Shown: positions 1 to 8,962 of the stretch, piece after piece
Numbering within the stretch: the stretch's first letter is position 1
Layout: every line of letters starts with the position of its first letter
Made by a program: the position numbers and the translations under genes
Notes under the pieces: generated by a model
Told to the model about the DNA's origin: nothing
What the model saw: only the letters and a program-made list of their open reading frames with translations
Database searches by the model: none
Virus record (IMG/VR): IMGVR_UViG_3300033072_000728
Span: 8,554-72,553 of that record
Source of the DNA: a virus
Taxonomy: Duplodnaviria; Caudoviricetes
Reading direction: 5' to 3' (one strand)
DNA length: 64,000 nucleotides

Positions 1-2
1 GG

Positions 3-500
3 TTATTGGGATTGTAAACATGGCGTTAGGTATAAAATTTGGTATGAAGTTTCCAATGTCGGTGTATATGGTTCTATTTTGACTGACGGCAATAATGTTT
101 TAGTGTTTGTATCAAACTCAGTTTGCATTTTGTGTGAGGAATAAACTCTGATCCATCGATTTGAAAACTGAGTTTTGAACGTAACTTCTGGAACGAGTGA
201 GTTCATGACATTTCTGGTATGAACATTATCGTTTGGCCAACAATTAACAAAGATAGTGGAAACAAACTCGTCTGTTTCTGGATCAATAACCAACATGGGA
301 TGTTTGAGTGATTGGCTGGGCAATGGAAAGGTATCTTTGATATATTGTATTGTTTCTTGGGTTAAATGTGATGACAATAAACCAATGGGGCATGCCCCAC
401 GTTTATACGGGATTTGTTTTTGTTTTAAGAAATCTTCAAAATCAATAATTGTTTGCGGGTTATTTGAACCGCCGTGAAAAATAGTATCAATAGTATTCAT
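3..500 (-). CDS. hypothetical protein, 3' end runs off window edge
   Basis: ORF 3..575; likely start MNTID at 500, just below the stop of the next gene (508). Confidence 0.6.
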   Translation of the reverse strand: MNTIDTIFHGGSNNPQTIIDFEDFLKQKQIPYKRGACPIGLLSSHLTQETIQYIKDTFPLPSQSLKHPMLVIDPETDEFVSTIFVNCWPNDNVHTRNVMNSLVPEVTFKTQFSNRWIRVYSSHKMQTEFDTNTKTLLPSVKIEPYTPTLETSYQILYLTPCLQSQ

Positions 501-507
501 AATAAAA

Positions 508-933
508 TTAGGGTTGGTGAATCCATGAAACTGATAGGTCTGGGAATTTGCATTTTGCGACAAACAATAATGCATCTAAATCAGGAGTTGCAACACAGTG
601 TGTGTTATTTGCCATATTATAATGATATTCAAACCCTTGGACAAACTGCTGTAATTCATCTGATTTTTTGTAGGTGATGCCCCACCCGTTGTTAGTTTCA
701 ATAATGCCAACCCGACATGACGGCATTATTTGAACCTCACTATTATCAAGATAGGCATTCATGGTTGATATTAACAACGGCAACAATTCCGATTTTGGTG
801 TCCAATATATCACATTTGATTCTGATAGTTGTTGTAATGGTGAAAATGCACAAGCAATATCGTTGCTGAAATATAACAACAGCTCTCGTAATTGTTCGTA
901 TTGATCTAGTGAGTTAAATGTAAGTTTAATCAT
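508..933 (-). CDS. array-1 protein (C-terminal LFVAKCKFPDL)
   Basis: Likely start MIKLTF at 933 overlaps the upstream stop by 8 nt (ATGATTAA). Confidence 0.75.
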   Translation of the reverse strand: MIKLTFNSLDQYEQLRELLLYFSNDIACAFSPLQQLSESNVIYWTPKSELLPLLISTMNAYLDNSEVQIMPSCRVGIIETNNGWGITYKKSDELQQFVQGFEYHYNMANNTHCVATPDLDALLFVAKCKFPDLSVSWIHQP

Positions 934-1366
934 AATGATGGAATTCAATCATTTCCAAATCTGGGTTTTGACATTTTAACCAAAAAGATACATCAGGTGG
1001 AAGCAATAAGGCAGCATGTAAGTCAGAAACCCACCTTAAAATGTAAACAGTCGAACCAATCATTCCTTCAAACAATTTGATGATTTGGTTAATATCAGTG
1101 TGTTTGATGGTAGTATAGGTTCCAACATACGGAACAAATTCGACATGCTCAAAAACAGCAGGATCAATGGTGCTGATATATTCATCAAAATTTGATTGTG
1201 ATTCACAAACCAATCTTGCTGGGCATTTATAGTTTGGAATGGTTCTAACAACACTGCTATAGAAGTTTATTCCATTCAAACTATATTCTAATAATTTACC
1301 TTCGCATAATTCTTCACCATAATAAGTTTTTGGTTTGACAATGAATAGTTTCTTTGGGTTAGTCAT
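926..1366 (-). CDS. array-1 protein (C-terminal FWLKCQNPDL)
   Basis: 146 aa ORF; 8-nt ATGACTAA overlap with upstream gene. Confidence 0.75.
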   Translation of the reverse strand: MTNPKKLFIVKPKTYYGEELCEGKLLEYSLNGINFYSSVVRTIPNYKCPARLVCESQSNFDEYISTIDPAVFEHVEFVPYVGTYTTIKHTDINQIIKLFEGMIGSTVYILRWVSDLHAALLLPPDVSFWLKCQNPDLEMIEFHHYD

Positions 1367-1562
1367 ACTCTATTGTGATAGGTGGGAATTTGCATTGAAG
1401 CAAGAATAGGTTGACATCATTGGTAAAATTGACAGTAAAACAAACCCAGTTTCTGGCTAACCATGTAACATCAAATTGTGGAATGGTATTCTCGGTTAAC
1501 GATGTTTCAAAATCGTTTGGGTGAATTTCATTGGTGGGAACATGACAATAAACTAAAGTCAT
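1359..1562 (-). CDS. array-1 protein (C-terminal FLLQCKFP)
   Basis: 67 aa ORF with family motif. Confidence 0.75.
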   Translation of the reverse strand: MTLVYCHVPTNEIHPNDFETSLTENTIPQFDVTWLARNWVCFTVNFTNDVNLFLLQCKFPPITIEYD

Positions 1563-1565
1563 AAT

Positions 1566-1880
1566 TCAATAAACCCTTGTAATATCTGGATATTTGCATT
1601 GAAGAAGAAACCATTCTGTTTCATGTTCAATCCAAAAAAGTTTCAGATCAGAGTCTTCTAATAATCCCACAAAATTTATACCATACGTGGAGGGATCAAT
1701 CACCCAAAAATTTAGTTTCATATCATCGAATAACCAAACTAAAACATCTTGATCTTTTTTACTGGTACAAACTATTCCTATTGATTTTTGAAATTTTACT
1801 AATACTCCGTTTCCTTTCCAATAATTTTGGTAATATAAAAGTTGGGAGCATGTGTTAATATCATCTGATACAATGATCAT
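1566..1880 (-). CDS. array-1 protein (EWFLLQCKYPDITRVY)
   Basis: ORF 1566..1934; likely start MIIVS at 1880. Confidence 0.8.
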   Translation of the reverse strand: MIIVSDDINTCSQLLYYQNYWKGNGVLVKFQKSIGIVCTSKKDQDVLVWLFDDMKLNFWVIDPSTYGINFVGLLEDSDLKLFWIEHETEWFLLQCKYPDITRVY

Positions 1881-1885
1881 AGTGA

Positions 1886-2257
1886 TTAATATACCCTTAT
1901 AATATCTGGATATTTGCATTGAAGAAGAAACCATTGTGATTCATCGTCGGTTGATATAATTGCATCATTCTCGCTTGTTATCATGTGTACTGTCACTTCA
2001 GGCGTAAAAACCGAATCATATCCATATATAACTGCGATGAATTTTGATTCTATAGATGTGAGTTTTATTGTGTCATGAGCAGCAACATTCGCCCTTCCGT
2101 CGCATTTCATATCATCTTTCAATTCCCGCTCGGTCGAATAAAGGAATTCATGGTAGGTATCACCATCTAATGTTTTCCGCCAATATCTAAAGTTTGATCT
2201 AAATTTCATTTGGTAAGAAGGGGAATTTTCCCATCCAGTATACTCAAACACAAGCAT
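1886..2257 (-). CDS. array-1 protein (QWFLLQCKYPDIIRVY)
   Basis: 123 aa ORF. Confidence 0.8.
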   Translation of the reverse strand: MLVFEYTGWENSPSYQMKFRSNFRYWRKTLDGDTYHEFLYSTERELKDDMKCDGRANVAAHDTIKLTSIESKFIAVIYGYDSVFTPEVTVHMITSENDAIISTDDESQWFLLQCKYPDIIRVY

Positions 2258-2261
2258 ACCC

Positions 2262-2690
2262 TCAGTAAACCCTCACAATATCTGGATATTTGCATTGGAG
2301 TAGGAACCATTCGGTTTCGTCGCATTCATTAATGAAGTTTTGCCCATCATTCCATTTAACCATTGAATTTACTTGATCATCTGGGATGTCGTCCAGTAAT
2401 GCATAACACTTCTCTAATGGATCAATGTATTCCATTTCCCATTTAATTCCATACGCCACATAATCACTTGTAAATTTTATAAATCCATCTTGGCATTTCT
2501 TATATTCATTCGGGGAATAATTCCCAAATATGGCAACCCCATCATTGCGTTTGACGAAACATTTAAAGATAGGTTTGTGAATTTTTGAACGATCTACTAG
2601 AAATGGCGAAAATAAAAGGTAATTTCCGATAAGATCATTAAAATAAAAATCATCATACGTTATTGATGGATCATAATGAAGTAGTAACAT
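2262..2690 (-). CDS. array-1 protein (EWFLLQCKYPDIVRVY)
   Basis: 142 aa ORF. Confidence 0.8.
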   Translation of the reverse strand: MLLLHYDPSITYDDFYFNDLIGNYLLFSPFLVDRSKIHKPIFKCFVKRNDGVAIFGNYSPNEYKKCQDGFIKFTSDYVAYGIKWEMEYIDPLEKCYALLDDIPDDQVNSMVKWNDGQNFINECDETEWFLLQCKYPDIVRVY

Positions 2691-2693
2691 AGT

Positions 2694-3086
2694 TTAATAA
2701 ATCCTTACAATATCTGGATACTTGCATTGGAGTAGGAACCATTCTTCTTTGGAATCGGCGTGGACAATCTGAAATCCTTCATCCAGTAAAAATGCTGTGT
2801 TATGTGATGGTTCTGGGATCTTTACTAAACCAACAAGTTTAAACAAATTCAAGTCAGTTTGAATAGCATCACTTTTTGAGTATGGCGTTAATGATATGTA
2901 CAAATCAGTGACATAATCCTTGATAATTTGGCTAGCGTTGGTTGAATAAACAACAACGTTCAGTGAGTCTCGTATTGATGCCCAGTTAAGACTTTTATGG
3001 TTCATACTGCCCCAAACACACCGCAACGTGGAACTCGGTGCATCACACCCGTACCAATCATATTCAGTTAAGTTAACGAGAATCAT
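2694..3086 (-). CDS. array-1 protein (EWFLLQCKYPDIVRIY)
   Basis: 130 aa ORF. Confidence 0.8.
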   Translation of the reverse strand: MILVNLTEYDWYGCDAPSSTLRCVWGSMNHKSLNWASIRDSLNVVVYSTNASQIIKDYVTDLYISLTPYSKSDAIQTDLNLFKLVGLVKIPEPSHNTAFLLDEGFQIVHADSKEEWFLLQCKYPDIVRIY

Positions 3087-3090
3087 GTTT

Positions 3091-3456
3091 CTAATATACC
3101 CTTACAATATCTGGATATTTGCATTGAAGTAGAAACCATTCTGAATCTGATTCTGCAAATACTAATTCAGGTTTTCCAGTTTTACGAATTAAGCCCTTCC
3201 ATTCGGTTCCAACATCAGCAATGCTGAACTGGGGAGGGCAATAATCGTTACATTTAATCAAATAATCGATCAATGATTGTTGTTTTTGGTCTTTTATTTC
3301 AGATGATGTGAATGCGATTAAATTTCCATAGTAAGTTGAATAGAATGGAATAATCACGTTTTCTGGCATATCATGAATATCGGAAAACCATCTACATCGC
3401 GTAGTAATCCAGTTGTAGTTGTATGGTATCAAATCTGAAGGGTACACGGAAATCAT
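3091..3456 (-). CDS. array-1 protein (EWFLLQCKYPDIVRVY)
   Basis: Likely start MISVY at 3456 (ATGA overlap with exonuclease stop). Confidence 0.8.
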   Translation of the reverse strand: MISVYPSDLIPYNYNWITTRCRWFSDIHDMPENVIIPFYSTYYGNLIAFTSSEIKDQKQQSLIDYLIKCNDYCPPQFSIADVGTEWKGLIRKTGKPELVFAESDSEWFLLQCKYPDIVRVY

Positions 3457-4034
3457 GATACCCACTTAATAACCACATCTTTCAACGTGGGATTGTGCCA
3501 GTTTTCAATCACTTTGAAAGCACGTTGGACGGTTCTTGCTTGGTTAATAGCATCTTCCACTGCAACATGAGAAGTTTGATGATTATTATCAGTTAGTGAT
3601 ACTCCACACATTTCAAAAAGTGTTCGAGTGTCACGAACTTCCCAATACTTCCAAGGAATTGAAATGCCAACTTGATCTAAGACGTTTTCAAGAATACCAA
3701 TGTCAAACAGCGATCCATGTGCCCATGTTCGTTGGGGTGCATACTTATTAAAGAACGCTACAAGCGATCGAAGTGCTTCGGGTAAGGGAACCCTGCCTTC
3801 ATTGGTAAAAGCGCGCTCATAGGCCGTTTTAGACTGCTTGAGCCACCATTCTAGGGTAGATGTGCTCTCCGTCCTAATCCACTTGAATGATTGATCGATT
3901 AAATCAGGGTTAACCGAGAATGTATCAATGATTGAATCATTATTTGGATTGAAAATACAAGCACCAATACTTAGAATTTTCGATGTTGGTTTGGTATCGA
4001 CTGTTTCTAAGTCGATCATGATATGATTAGTCAT
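3453..4034 (-). CDS. DnaQ/DEDDh 3'-5' exonuclease (Rv2179c/exoribonuclease-like)
   Basis: ExoI HIMIDLET, WAHGSLFDI, RDTRT, ExoIII HVAVEDAINQA. Confidence 0.9.
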   Translation of the reverse strand: MTNHIMIDLETVDTKPTSKILSIGACIFNPNNDSIIDTFSVNPDLIDQSFKWIRTESTSTLEWWLKQSKTAYERAFTNEGRVPLPEALRSLVAFFNKYAPQRTWAHGSLFDIGILENVLDQVGISIPWKYWEVRDTRTLFEMCGVSLTDNNHQTSHVAVEDAINQARTVQRAFKVIENWHNPTLKDVVIKWVS

Positions 4035-4546
4035 GTAATTATTTCAAATTCAGGAAATGAGCATTTCAATATAAACACTACTGCTGGAAATTGTTCATTA
4101 TCGAGGCTAGTTAAGGTTATGATGGAATACTGAAGGGATGAATAGGGCAGACTGTTGGTATTAGTGTTTAGCCACGTTGAAAGCTCTTCAGTGGGAAAAT
4201 CGTTGGCATTGATAATGGTTGCAAATGGTGTTTCTGGAGTTTTTCCAAAATAGCATTCTTGTTCTTCCATGTCTTTTGAAAAACTTTGAAGTTCGGATAA
4301 CAATAAACATTCTTTGGTATAAGAATGACTTTTGATGGTTAAACAAACGGGTTGGTTTACCCCGAACTCAAAATTGTCAGATATTTCCCATGAATCGCCC
4401 AACTTATAAATGTGTCGGATTCGTGTTCCTATCTTTCGCAACACTCCGATTTTATTATGTTTATGGAAGATTTGAATCATTGAGGTTTTTGCAACGCCAA
4501 GAATAACGGCGCCGTTATTCTTTTGGTAACCCAAGCGGCATATCAC
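4031..4546 (-). CDS. array-1 protein, divergent (FILKCSFP)
   Basis: 171 aa ORF; start uncertain. Confidence 0.7.
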   Translation of the reverse strand: MICRLGYQKNNGAVILGVAKTSMIQIFHKHNKIGVLRKIGTRIRHIYKLGDSWEISDNFEFGVNQPVCLTIKSHSYTKECLLLSELQSFSKDMEEQECYFGKTPETPFATIINANDFPTEELSTWLNTNTNSLPYSSLQYSIITLTSLDNEQFPAVVFILKCSFPEFEIIT

Positions 4547-4988
4547 AAAATTTCGATTCTAATGCTTGCTTCATTCGTTCTAACTGAAATGGGGCAAATA
4601 AATCAGTATTGTTTTTCAAGAATAACGGCATGGTTCCCCATAATGAATCATCCCCTATGTGAAAATCGAATGTTACTTTCGCGGCATACCTCAATGACGA
4701 CTCATGGCTTTCATAAACCATGAAATTTGAATCGGATGGAGTTCTAAGTACAGAAAAACCATCGAGCAAAATATAGGAACTTTCGTATTCTGGAAACCCA
4801 CGAATATATGAGTCAATTATATCAAGATGTTTGGTTTCAAATATCTGGTATCGTTTATGGAACTCAATTGAGCTGCCATCAAAAATAGGGTATATCTGAT
4901 ACCCGTCAAGAATCATTTGCCAAGAATAGCCACGAAATCCCAGATCGCATAATACATATGGAACGGAAGTGTCAAGAAGTTTAGTCAT
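4515..4988 (-). CDS. hypothetical protein
   Basis: 157 aa ORF, ATGACTAA overlap; lacks the family motif. Confidence 0.7.
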   Translation of the reverse strand: MTKLLDTSVPYVLCDLGFRGYSWQMILDGYQIYPIFDGSSIEFHKRYQIFETKHLDIIDSYIRGFPEYESSYILLDGFSVLRTPSDSNFMVYESHESSLRYAAKVTFDFHIGDDSLWGTMPLFLKNNTDLFAPFQLERMKQALESKFCDMPLGLPKE

Positions 4989-5469
4989 ATGTAATTTCTA
5001 AATTTGGGTATTTGCATTTAATCAAAAATGCCTCGGATTGCCAATTTGTTTCTGAAAATGGGTTAAACTGGATAAAATTACCAACGATGTTAAATTTTAA
5101 ATCATATTCCTCACATAATGCAATTGTTTGATCTCTTTCAGGCGATGGTGAATAAACAAAATTAGTTGAAAAGAAAGGCATTGGGTTATTGATGACAAAA
5201 TCTTTTCGTTCTTCTAACGGGAATTGGTTTAACCACTTGCAAAGTTCGAGTTCTTTAAAATAAGAAGGATGTGCAATACATAAAACACGTTTACTTGAAG
5301 TTATATCAAGTGATCTTACTTCACCATTTCCGATGTATTCAAGTGAAAAACGATAATTCCACCCGTCGGGTTCAGGGTATTGTTTCTTTAACGCCCCTGA
5401 TAAATTTGACAAAATAATAACATCTTTTTGTTGACGTGAGGTAGAGTGTTCTAGAGATATTTGAATCAT
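4981..5469 (-). CDS. array-1 protein (FLIKCKYP)
   Basis: 162 aa ORF. Confidence 0.75.
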   Translation of the reverse strand: MIQISLEHSTSRQQKDVIILSNLSGALKKQYPEPDGWNYRFSLEYIGNGEVRSLDITSSKRVLCIAHPSYFKELELCKWLNQFPLEERKDFVINNPMPFFSTNFVYSPSPERDQTIALCEEYDLKFNIVGNFIQFNPFSETNWQSEAFLIKCKYPNLEITYD

Positions 5470-5726
5470 TGTTTGATTTCCTTAAATGTCACTGTTGGGA
5501 ACTTACATTTCAAAAGAAAAAACTCAGATTCAGAAAGTGCGGATAGGTTGATTTCTGCATGATAACATCCTTCAAACAATTCGGGAAACATCCAAATCGT
5601 ACCGTATTGTCTCAGATCATCGATTAAGTGTCCTTCGGCAATGAAGATTTCAATTTTATGAGAAGTATGAATGGCTGGGTGTTCTTCAACTGCCCGCATC
5701 AATTCACTGAAATTATAAGAATTCAT
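5466..5726 (-). CDS. array-1 protein (FLLKCKFP)
   Basis: 86 aa ORF, ATGA overlaps. Confidence 0.75.
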   Translation of the reverse strand: MNSYNFSELMRAVEEHPAIHTSHKIEIFIAEGHLIDDLRQYGTIWMFPELFEGCYHAEINLSALSESEFFLLKCKFPTVTFKEIKQ

Positions 5727-6112
5727 GGTTGAAAAAGGTTAGTTACTTTGAACAACGGGTTTGCACATTTAAACAAAAACTCGTCAGTATCGTTTCTAAA
5801 TTTTACAAAGAATACCATTTCGGTGTTTCGCATATAATGAGTATCGAATAGCTTCCATTTTTCAATAACAGCTTCAATATACTGACAACCAGCATTCCCA
5901 TCAACTGAAACTTCATGGGTATAATCTAATACAGCAGTTATATTGCCGTTTGTAACATGATGTCTGAACCATTTATTAGATGCGGTTACAACAGTTACAT
6001 AAGCACGATTGAATCGATTGCCATCAAACTGTATTGTTGTGGCGTATCCCGATTTAATCCGATCACGCCAAATAAATCCAACATCGTTTACTTGAATTAG
6101 TTTAGTTTGCAT
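5723..6112 (-). CDS. array-1 protein (FLFKCANP; ASNKWF subfamily)
   Basis: Likely start MQTKLI at 6112. Confidence 0.75.
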   Translation of the reverse strand: MQTKLIQVNDVGFIWRDRIKSGYATTIQFDGNRFNRAYVTVVTASNKWFRHHVTNGNITAVLDYTHEVSVDGNAGCQYIEAVIEKWKLFDTHYMRNTEMVFFVKFRNDTDEFLFKCANPLFKVTNLFQP

Positions 6113-6479
6113 TATGCGGAAGTTTATAAAGTTCAATTGTTGGATATTGGCAACGAAACAAAAATTCTTCTGGGTTAGGTGGTAAATTGATTAGCATATG
6201 AATCTCTGCTTCCATGCCTACCCAATAACATTCGATCAAAACCGCATTCCATTTTTCCCGAAGAGAGTTGATCAATGTCTCATTTGAGAACATTAACGTA
6301 TGGGTATATTGTTCTTCTTGATATAGGTGTTTGAATCGTTGGAACCAATGATTGGTGGCCTTGACTACGGCATAAACCCGCCAATCTTTTCCCGAACCTG
6401 ATTCACTGTCCCAAAGACGTTTTACGCCATGTCTAAACAAACAATGGGGTTTGTGGACTGAAATTAGTTTAGTTGGCAT
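6102..6479 (-). CDS. array-1 protein (FLFRCQYP; ATNHWF subfamily)
   Basis: 125 aa ORF. Confidence 0.75.
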   Translation of the reverse strand: MPTKLISVHKPHCLFRHGVKRLWDSESGSGKDWRVYAVVKATNHWFQRFKHLYQEEQYTHTLMFSNETLINSLREKWNAVLIECYWVGMEAEIHMLINLPPNPEEFLFRCQYPTIELYKLPHNAN

Positions 6480-6509
6480 TTTATGTGGTCAGTAATGAAA
6501 CAATAATGG

Positions 6510-6863
6510 TCAGCTCACGTTCTGGGGATAGGGAGTATGGTTCCATTTTGGGAATTTACAGTTAATAAGGAATTCTTGCTCAGGGGTATACCAAACCACA
6601 AACATTGGCCGTGAAAACCATCGTGGCGTTACCATGCTACGAATGAATCGGATATTGTTATCAATCAGAAATTGCTGGAATGCTTTCTTTTCTTCTGGAT
6701 CAATCCCAGAGGGTGAAGTCCAATATCCAGTAGGAATATCAGTAAACCCATCTGGATAATCTTTCCCTAAAACAAACCAATTACCATCTTGAAGTTTACA
6801 ACCTCCAATTGAGTTGGTAGCGAGTGCTTCTTCATGTGAACAAAATTTGTAAGTATATGTCAT
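6510..6863 (-). CDS. array-1 protein (FLINCKFP)
   Basis: 117 aa ORF. Confidence 0.75.
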   Translation of the reverse strand: MTYTYKFCSHEEALATNSIGGCKLQDGNWFVLGKDYPDGFTDIPTGYWTSPSGIDPEEKKAFQQFLIDNNIRFIRSMVTPRWFSRPMFVVWYTPEQEFLINCKFPKWNHTPYPQNVS

Positions 6864-6869
6864 GATAGA

Positions 6870-7052
6870 TTATTTCCAGGTATCTCGGATATGTTGAAGG
6901 TATTCTGGGTATTCAAGTGAGTTTGATAACAAGTCATCGGTGGATGGTTGTTGTGGTGGTTTGTAAGGTTTACATTTCCCAGAAAGAAAAAGTTTGCTTA
7001 AAAACTCTGATTCATCAGTGGTTAATTCTGATAGGGGGATTTCGACAATCAT
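6870..7052 (-). CDS. hypothetical protein
   Basis: 60 aa ORF in the gene run. Confidence 0.6.
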   Translation of the reverse strand: MIVEIPLSELTTDESEFLSKLFLSGKCKPYKPPQQPSTDDLLSNSLEYPEYLQHIRDTWK

Positions 7053-7064
7053 GATGGTTTAGTG

Positions 7065-7439
7065 TTAGATGGGCTCAATAGTCAGTTGTGGGTATAATTT
7101 GGTGAATAATGTTACCCGCTCATAATTTGCCAACGTGATGAGTGCTTTATTGACATTTGAACCAAACTCAGACTTGATTCGTTGTAAATTCCATTTACGT
7201 ACTAACCCATCAGGAATGCCATTATCCGACCCAACGATGTGTGAAAACTTTCTCCCAAGCATCAATTTAGACTTAACTCTGCTATTAACCCAACGGTTTG
7301 ACGCATCAATTTTTGCAATTGCCAGATTTGAATTAGTGGGTTCGTTGAAAACTAACCATTTTCCCAAAACCTTTATTTTTTCGGTATGTTCAAACATGAA
7401 AAGAAAACTTGGTGTAGTAATGATAAAAGTAACTGGCAT
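7065..7439 (-). CDS. array-1-like protein (ASNRW subfamily, LFTKLYP end)
   Basis: Likely start MPVTF at 7439. Confidence 0.7.
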   Translation of the reverse strand: MPVTFIITTPSFLFMFEHTEKIKVLGKWLVFNEPTNSNLAIAKIDASNRWVNSRVKSKLMLGRKFSHIVGSDNGIPDGLVRKWNLQRIKSEFGSNVNKALITLANYERVTLFTKLYPQLTIEPI

Positions 7440-7441
7440 TT

Positions 7442-7696
7442 TTAGTCTTTGATAATGTGGTTTAATGCTTCCACAATCGCCGCAGATTTTTGGTTGGCCC
7501 ATTCTGCTTGCTCAAATGGCACCTGCGACGAAACGCGATGGTAATATTCTGAAAAATCACTGACCAATGCCATCAATGATTGCTTCATTTTGGTATTTTC
7601 AGCTCTAAGTGCTTCTAGCTCATCTTGAGCATCTTGCGCCCAAGATTTCAGTACGTCAATATGCATTGTTGGTCGATAATTTTCAACTTGGTTCAT
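7442..7696 (-). CDS. hypothetical coiled-coil protein
   Basis: 84 aa ORF with heptad-like LEALRAENTKMKQSL. Confidence 0.7.
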   Translation of the reverse strand: MNQVENYRPTMHIDVLKSWAQDAQDELEALRAENTKMKQSLMALVSDFSEYYHRVSSQVPFEQAEWANQKSAAIVEALNHIIKD

Positions 7697-7702
7697 TTTG
7701 AC

Positions 7703-8032
7703 TTATCCACGGGAGGGTAAAATCATTACAAAACTCACAAACACCAGAAATACGAAGAATAGAAATGATATTCCCCACGCCTCATTGCTTCTGAATTTCT
7801 TTGGTTTCCCATCGTAGTCTTCGACAGTTGCGAAAAACATGTCAATTGGGCGGCGACAGGGATTAACTTCGACGAATCGAAACTTTTGAACAGTGCCATC
7901 CGTTAGATGCATTTCAAGAAAGTCCCCAGGTTCTGGTGTAATAGATTTAAACCCGTAAACAGTTCTATTTTCATAATTGTTGAAAACAATACTGTTACCC
8001 CAAGTTCCACCTACTTTGTAAACTCGTGGCAT
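7703..8032 (-). CDS. hypothetical protein with C-terminal transmembrane helix
   Basis: 109 aa; hydrophobic tail ISFLFFVFLVFVSFVMIL. Confidence 0.7.
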   Translation of the reverse strand: MPRVYKVGGTWGNSIVFNNYENRTVYGFKSITPEPGDFLEMHLTDGTVQKFRFVEVNPCRRPIDMFFATVEDYDGKPKKFRSNEAWGISFLFFVFLVFVSFVMILPSRG

Positions 8033-8049
8033 ATTTTTCCTTTCATAGT

Positions 8050-8532
8050 TTAAAGATCATCAGACGGTAGAAAATCCCATTCAATTTCGCCCATCTTGAC
8101 TTTTGAATGGTCGATAGTCACTGAGTAAACAATCTCATCAATGACTTCGAGTGCTTTCTTGAAGTACAGCTCTGGATCATCAATGTGAATGGTTTCGCTC
8201 CACCCTTCAAACTCTTCAAAGTGAAAATCGTAAAACGTATCACCCCACTTAGTTTTGGCATTCTCAATTCGCAAATTACGAATAAATGCCTTTGGTGGTG
8301 TAGGTACAAGTTCACCATTTATGATGGCGCATTTCTTATAAACCTTCTTGACAAACTCGCCATCAAGTTGCCAATAACCGTTTACAAATTTTGCGATACT
8401 AGCAGATGCCCAAAAATGCACCACGCCCTTTGATTCTTCATTCAATCCAGGGCTATCATAATCTTGACCGTCAGGTAAGCATTCACGAATGGCAATACAC
8501 CCAGATCGTTTGTCAACAAAGTATTTTGTCAT
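8050..8532 (-). CDS. hypothetical protein
   Basis: 160 aa ORF with upstream AAGGAG. Confidence 0.75.
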   Translation of the reverse strand: MTKYFVDKRSGCIAIRECLPDGQDYDSPGLNEESKGVVHFWASASIAKFVNGYWQLDGEFVKKVYKKCAIINGELVPTPPKAFIRNLRIENAKTKWGDTFYDFHFEEFEGWSETIHIDDPELYFKKALEVIDEIVYSVTIDHSKVKMGEIEWDFLPSDDL

Positions 8533-8598
8533 GTCAATTCTCCTTGTTCAATGCATTCATTCTAGATCAATTTTTCAAAAGTTGAAAGCACAAATGCA

Positions 8599-8627
8599 AA
8601 AAGCCTGAGTGATCAGCTCAGGCTTTT
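8599..8627. terminator. intrinsic terminator (bidirectional-looking)
   Basis: AAAAGCCTGAG / CTCAGGCTTTT inverted repeat. Confidence 0.85.
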
Positions 8628-8638
8628 GTTCGTTTAGG

Positions 8639-8959
8639 TCACTCGATCATCACCGCAGATGCAACATCAAATGATGAAATTCCACCCCATTCTGAGTTAG
8701 TGAATTCTACACTTTTCCCGTTCTTGAAGGTGATGACAATATCTTTCCCGCTATTGTCGATTTCATCGCGTACCGCATCGAACGATTGTTCTTAAAGTCG
8801 AACAATTTCATGTTCTAAATTTGAACCAGTAACACCCGTATGTGTAATTCTTGAAACATAAGCAGTTTCGACAATATCCTCTCCAAAAATGCGAGAAGCC
8901 ATGGTGGTGAGGTTTTTGTCATATTTCAGCAAATAATAGTCAGATACTGGTGTTACCAT
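8639..8959 (-). pseudogene. 107-codon gene with one in-frame TAA (8792-8794)
   Basis: Hand translation MVTPVS...HEIVRL*EQSFDAVRDE...FKNGKSVEFTNSEWG...; fills a gap in the ORF track. Confidence 0.75.
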
Positions 8960-8962
8960 GTT

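Larger units (their letters stand above)
1566..3141. repeat. five dispersed ~51-bp direct repeats at gene 3' ends (1566-1616, 1886-1936, 2262-2312, 2694-2744, 3091-3141)
   Basis: Shared + strand core AATATCTGGATA(T/C)TTGCATTG(A/G)AG(A/T)AG(A/G)AACCATT, read directly. Confidence 0.95.

Noticed and set aside
1566-3141. CRISPR array, DGR or integron reading of the 51-bp repeats
   Set aside because: Spacers are 270-380 bp coding regions and the repeats are in-frame coding. There is no cas, RT or integrase gene in the window and I saw no attC-type inverted core sites.
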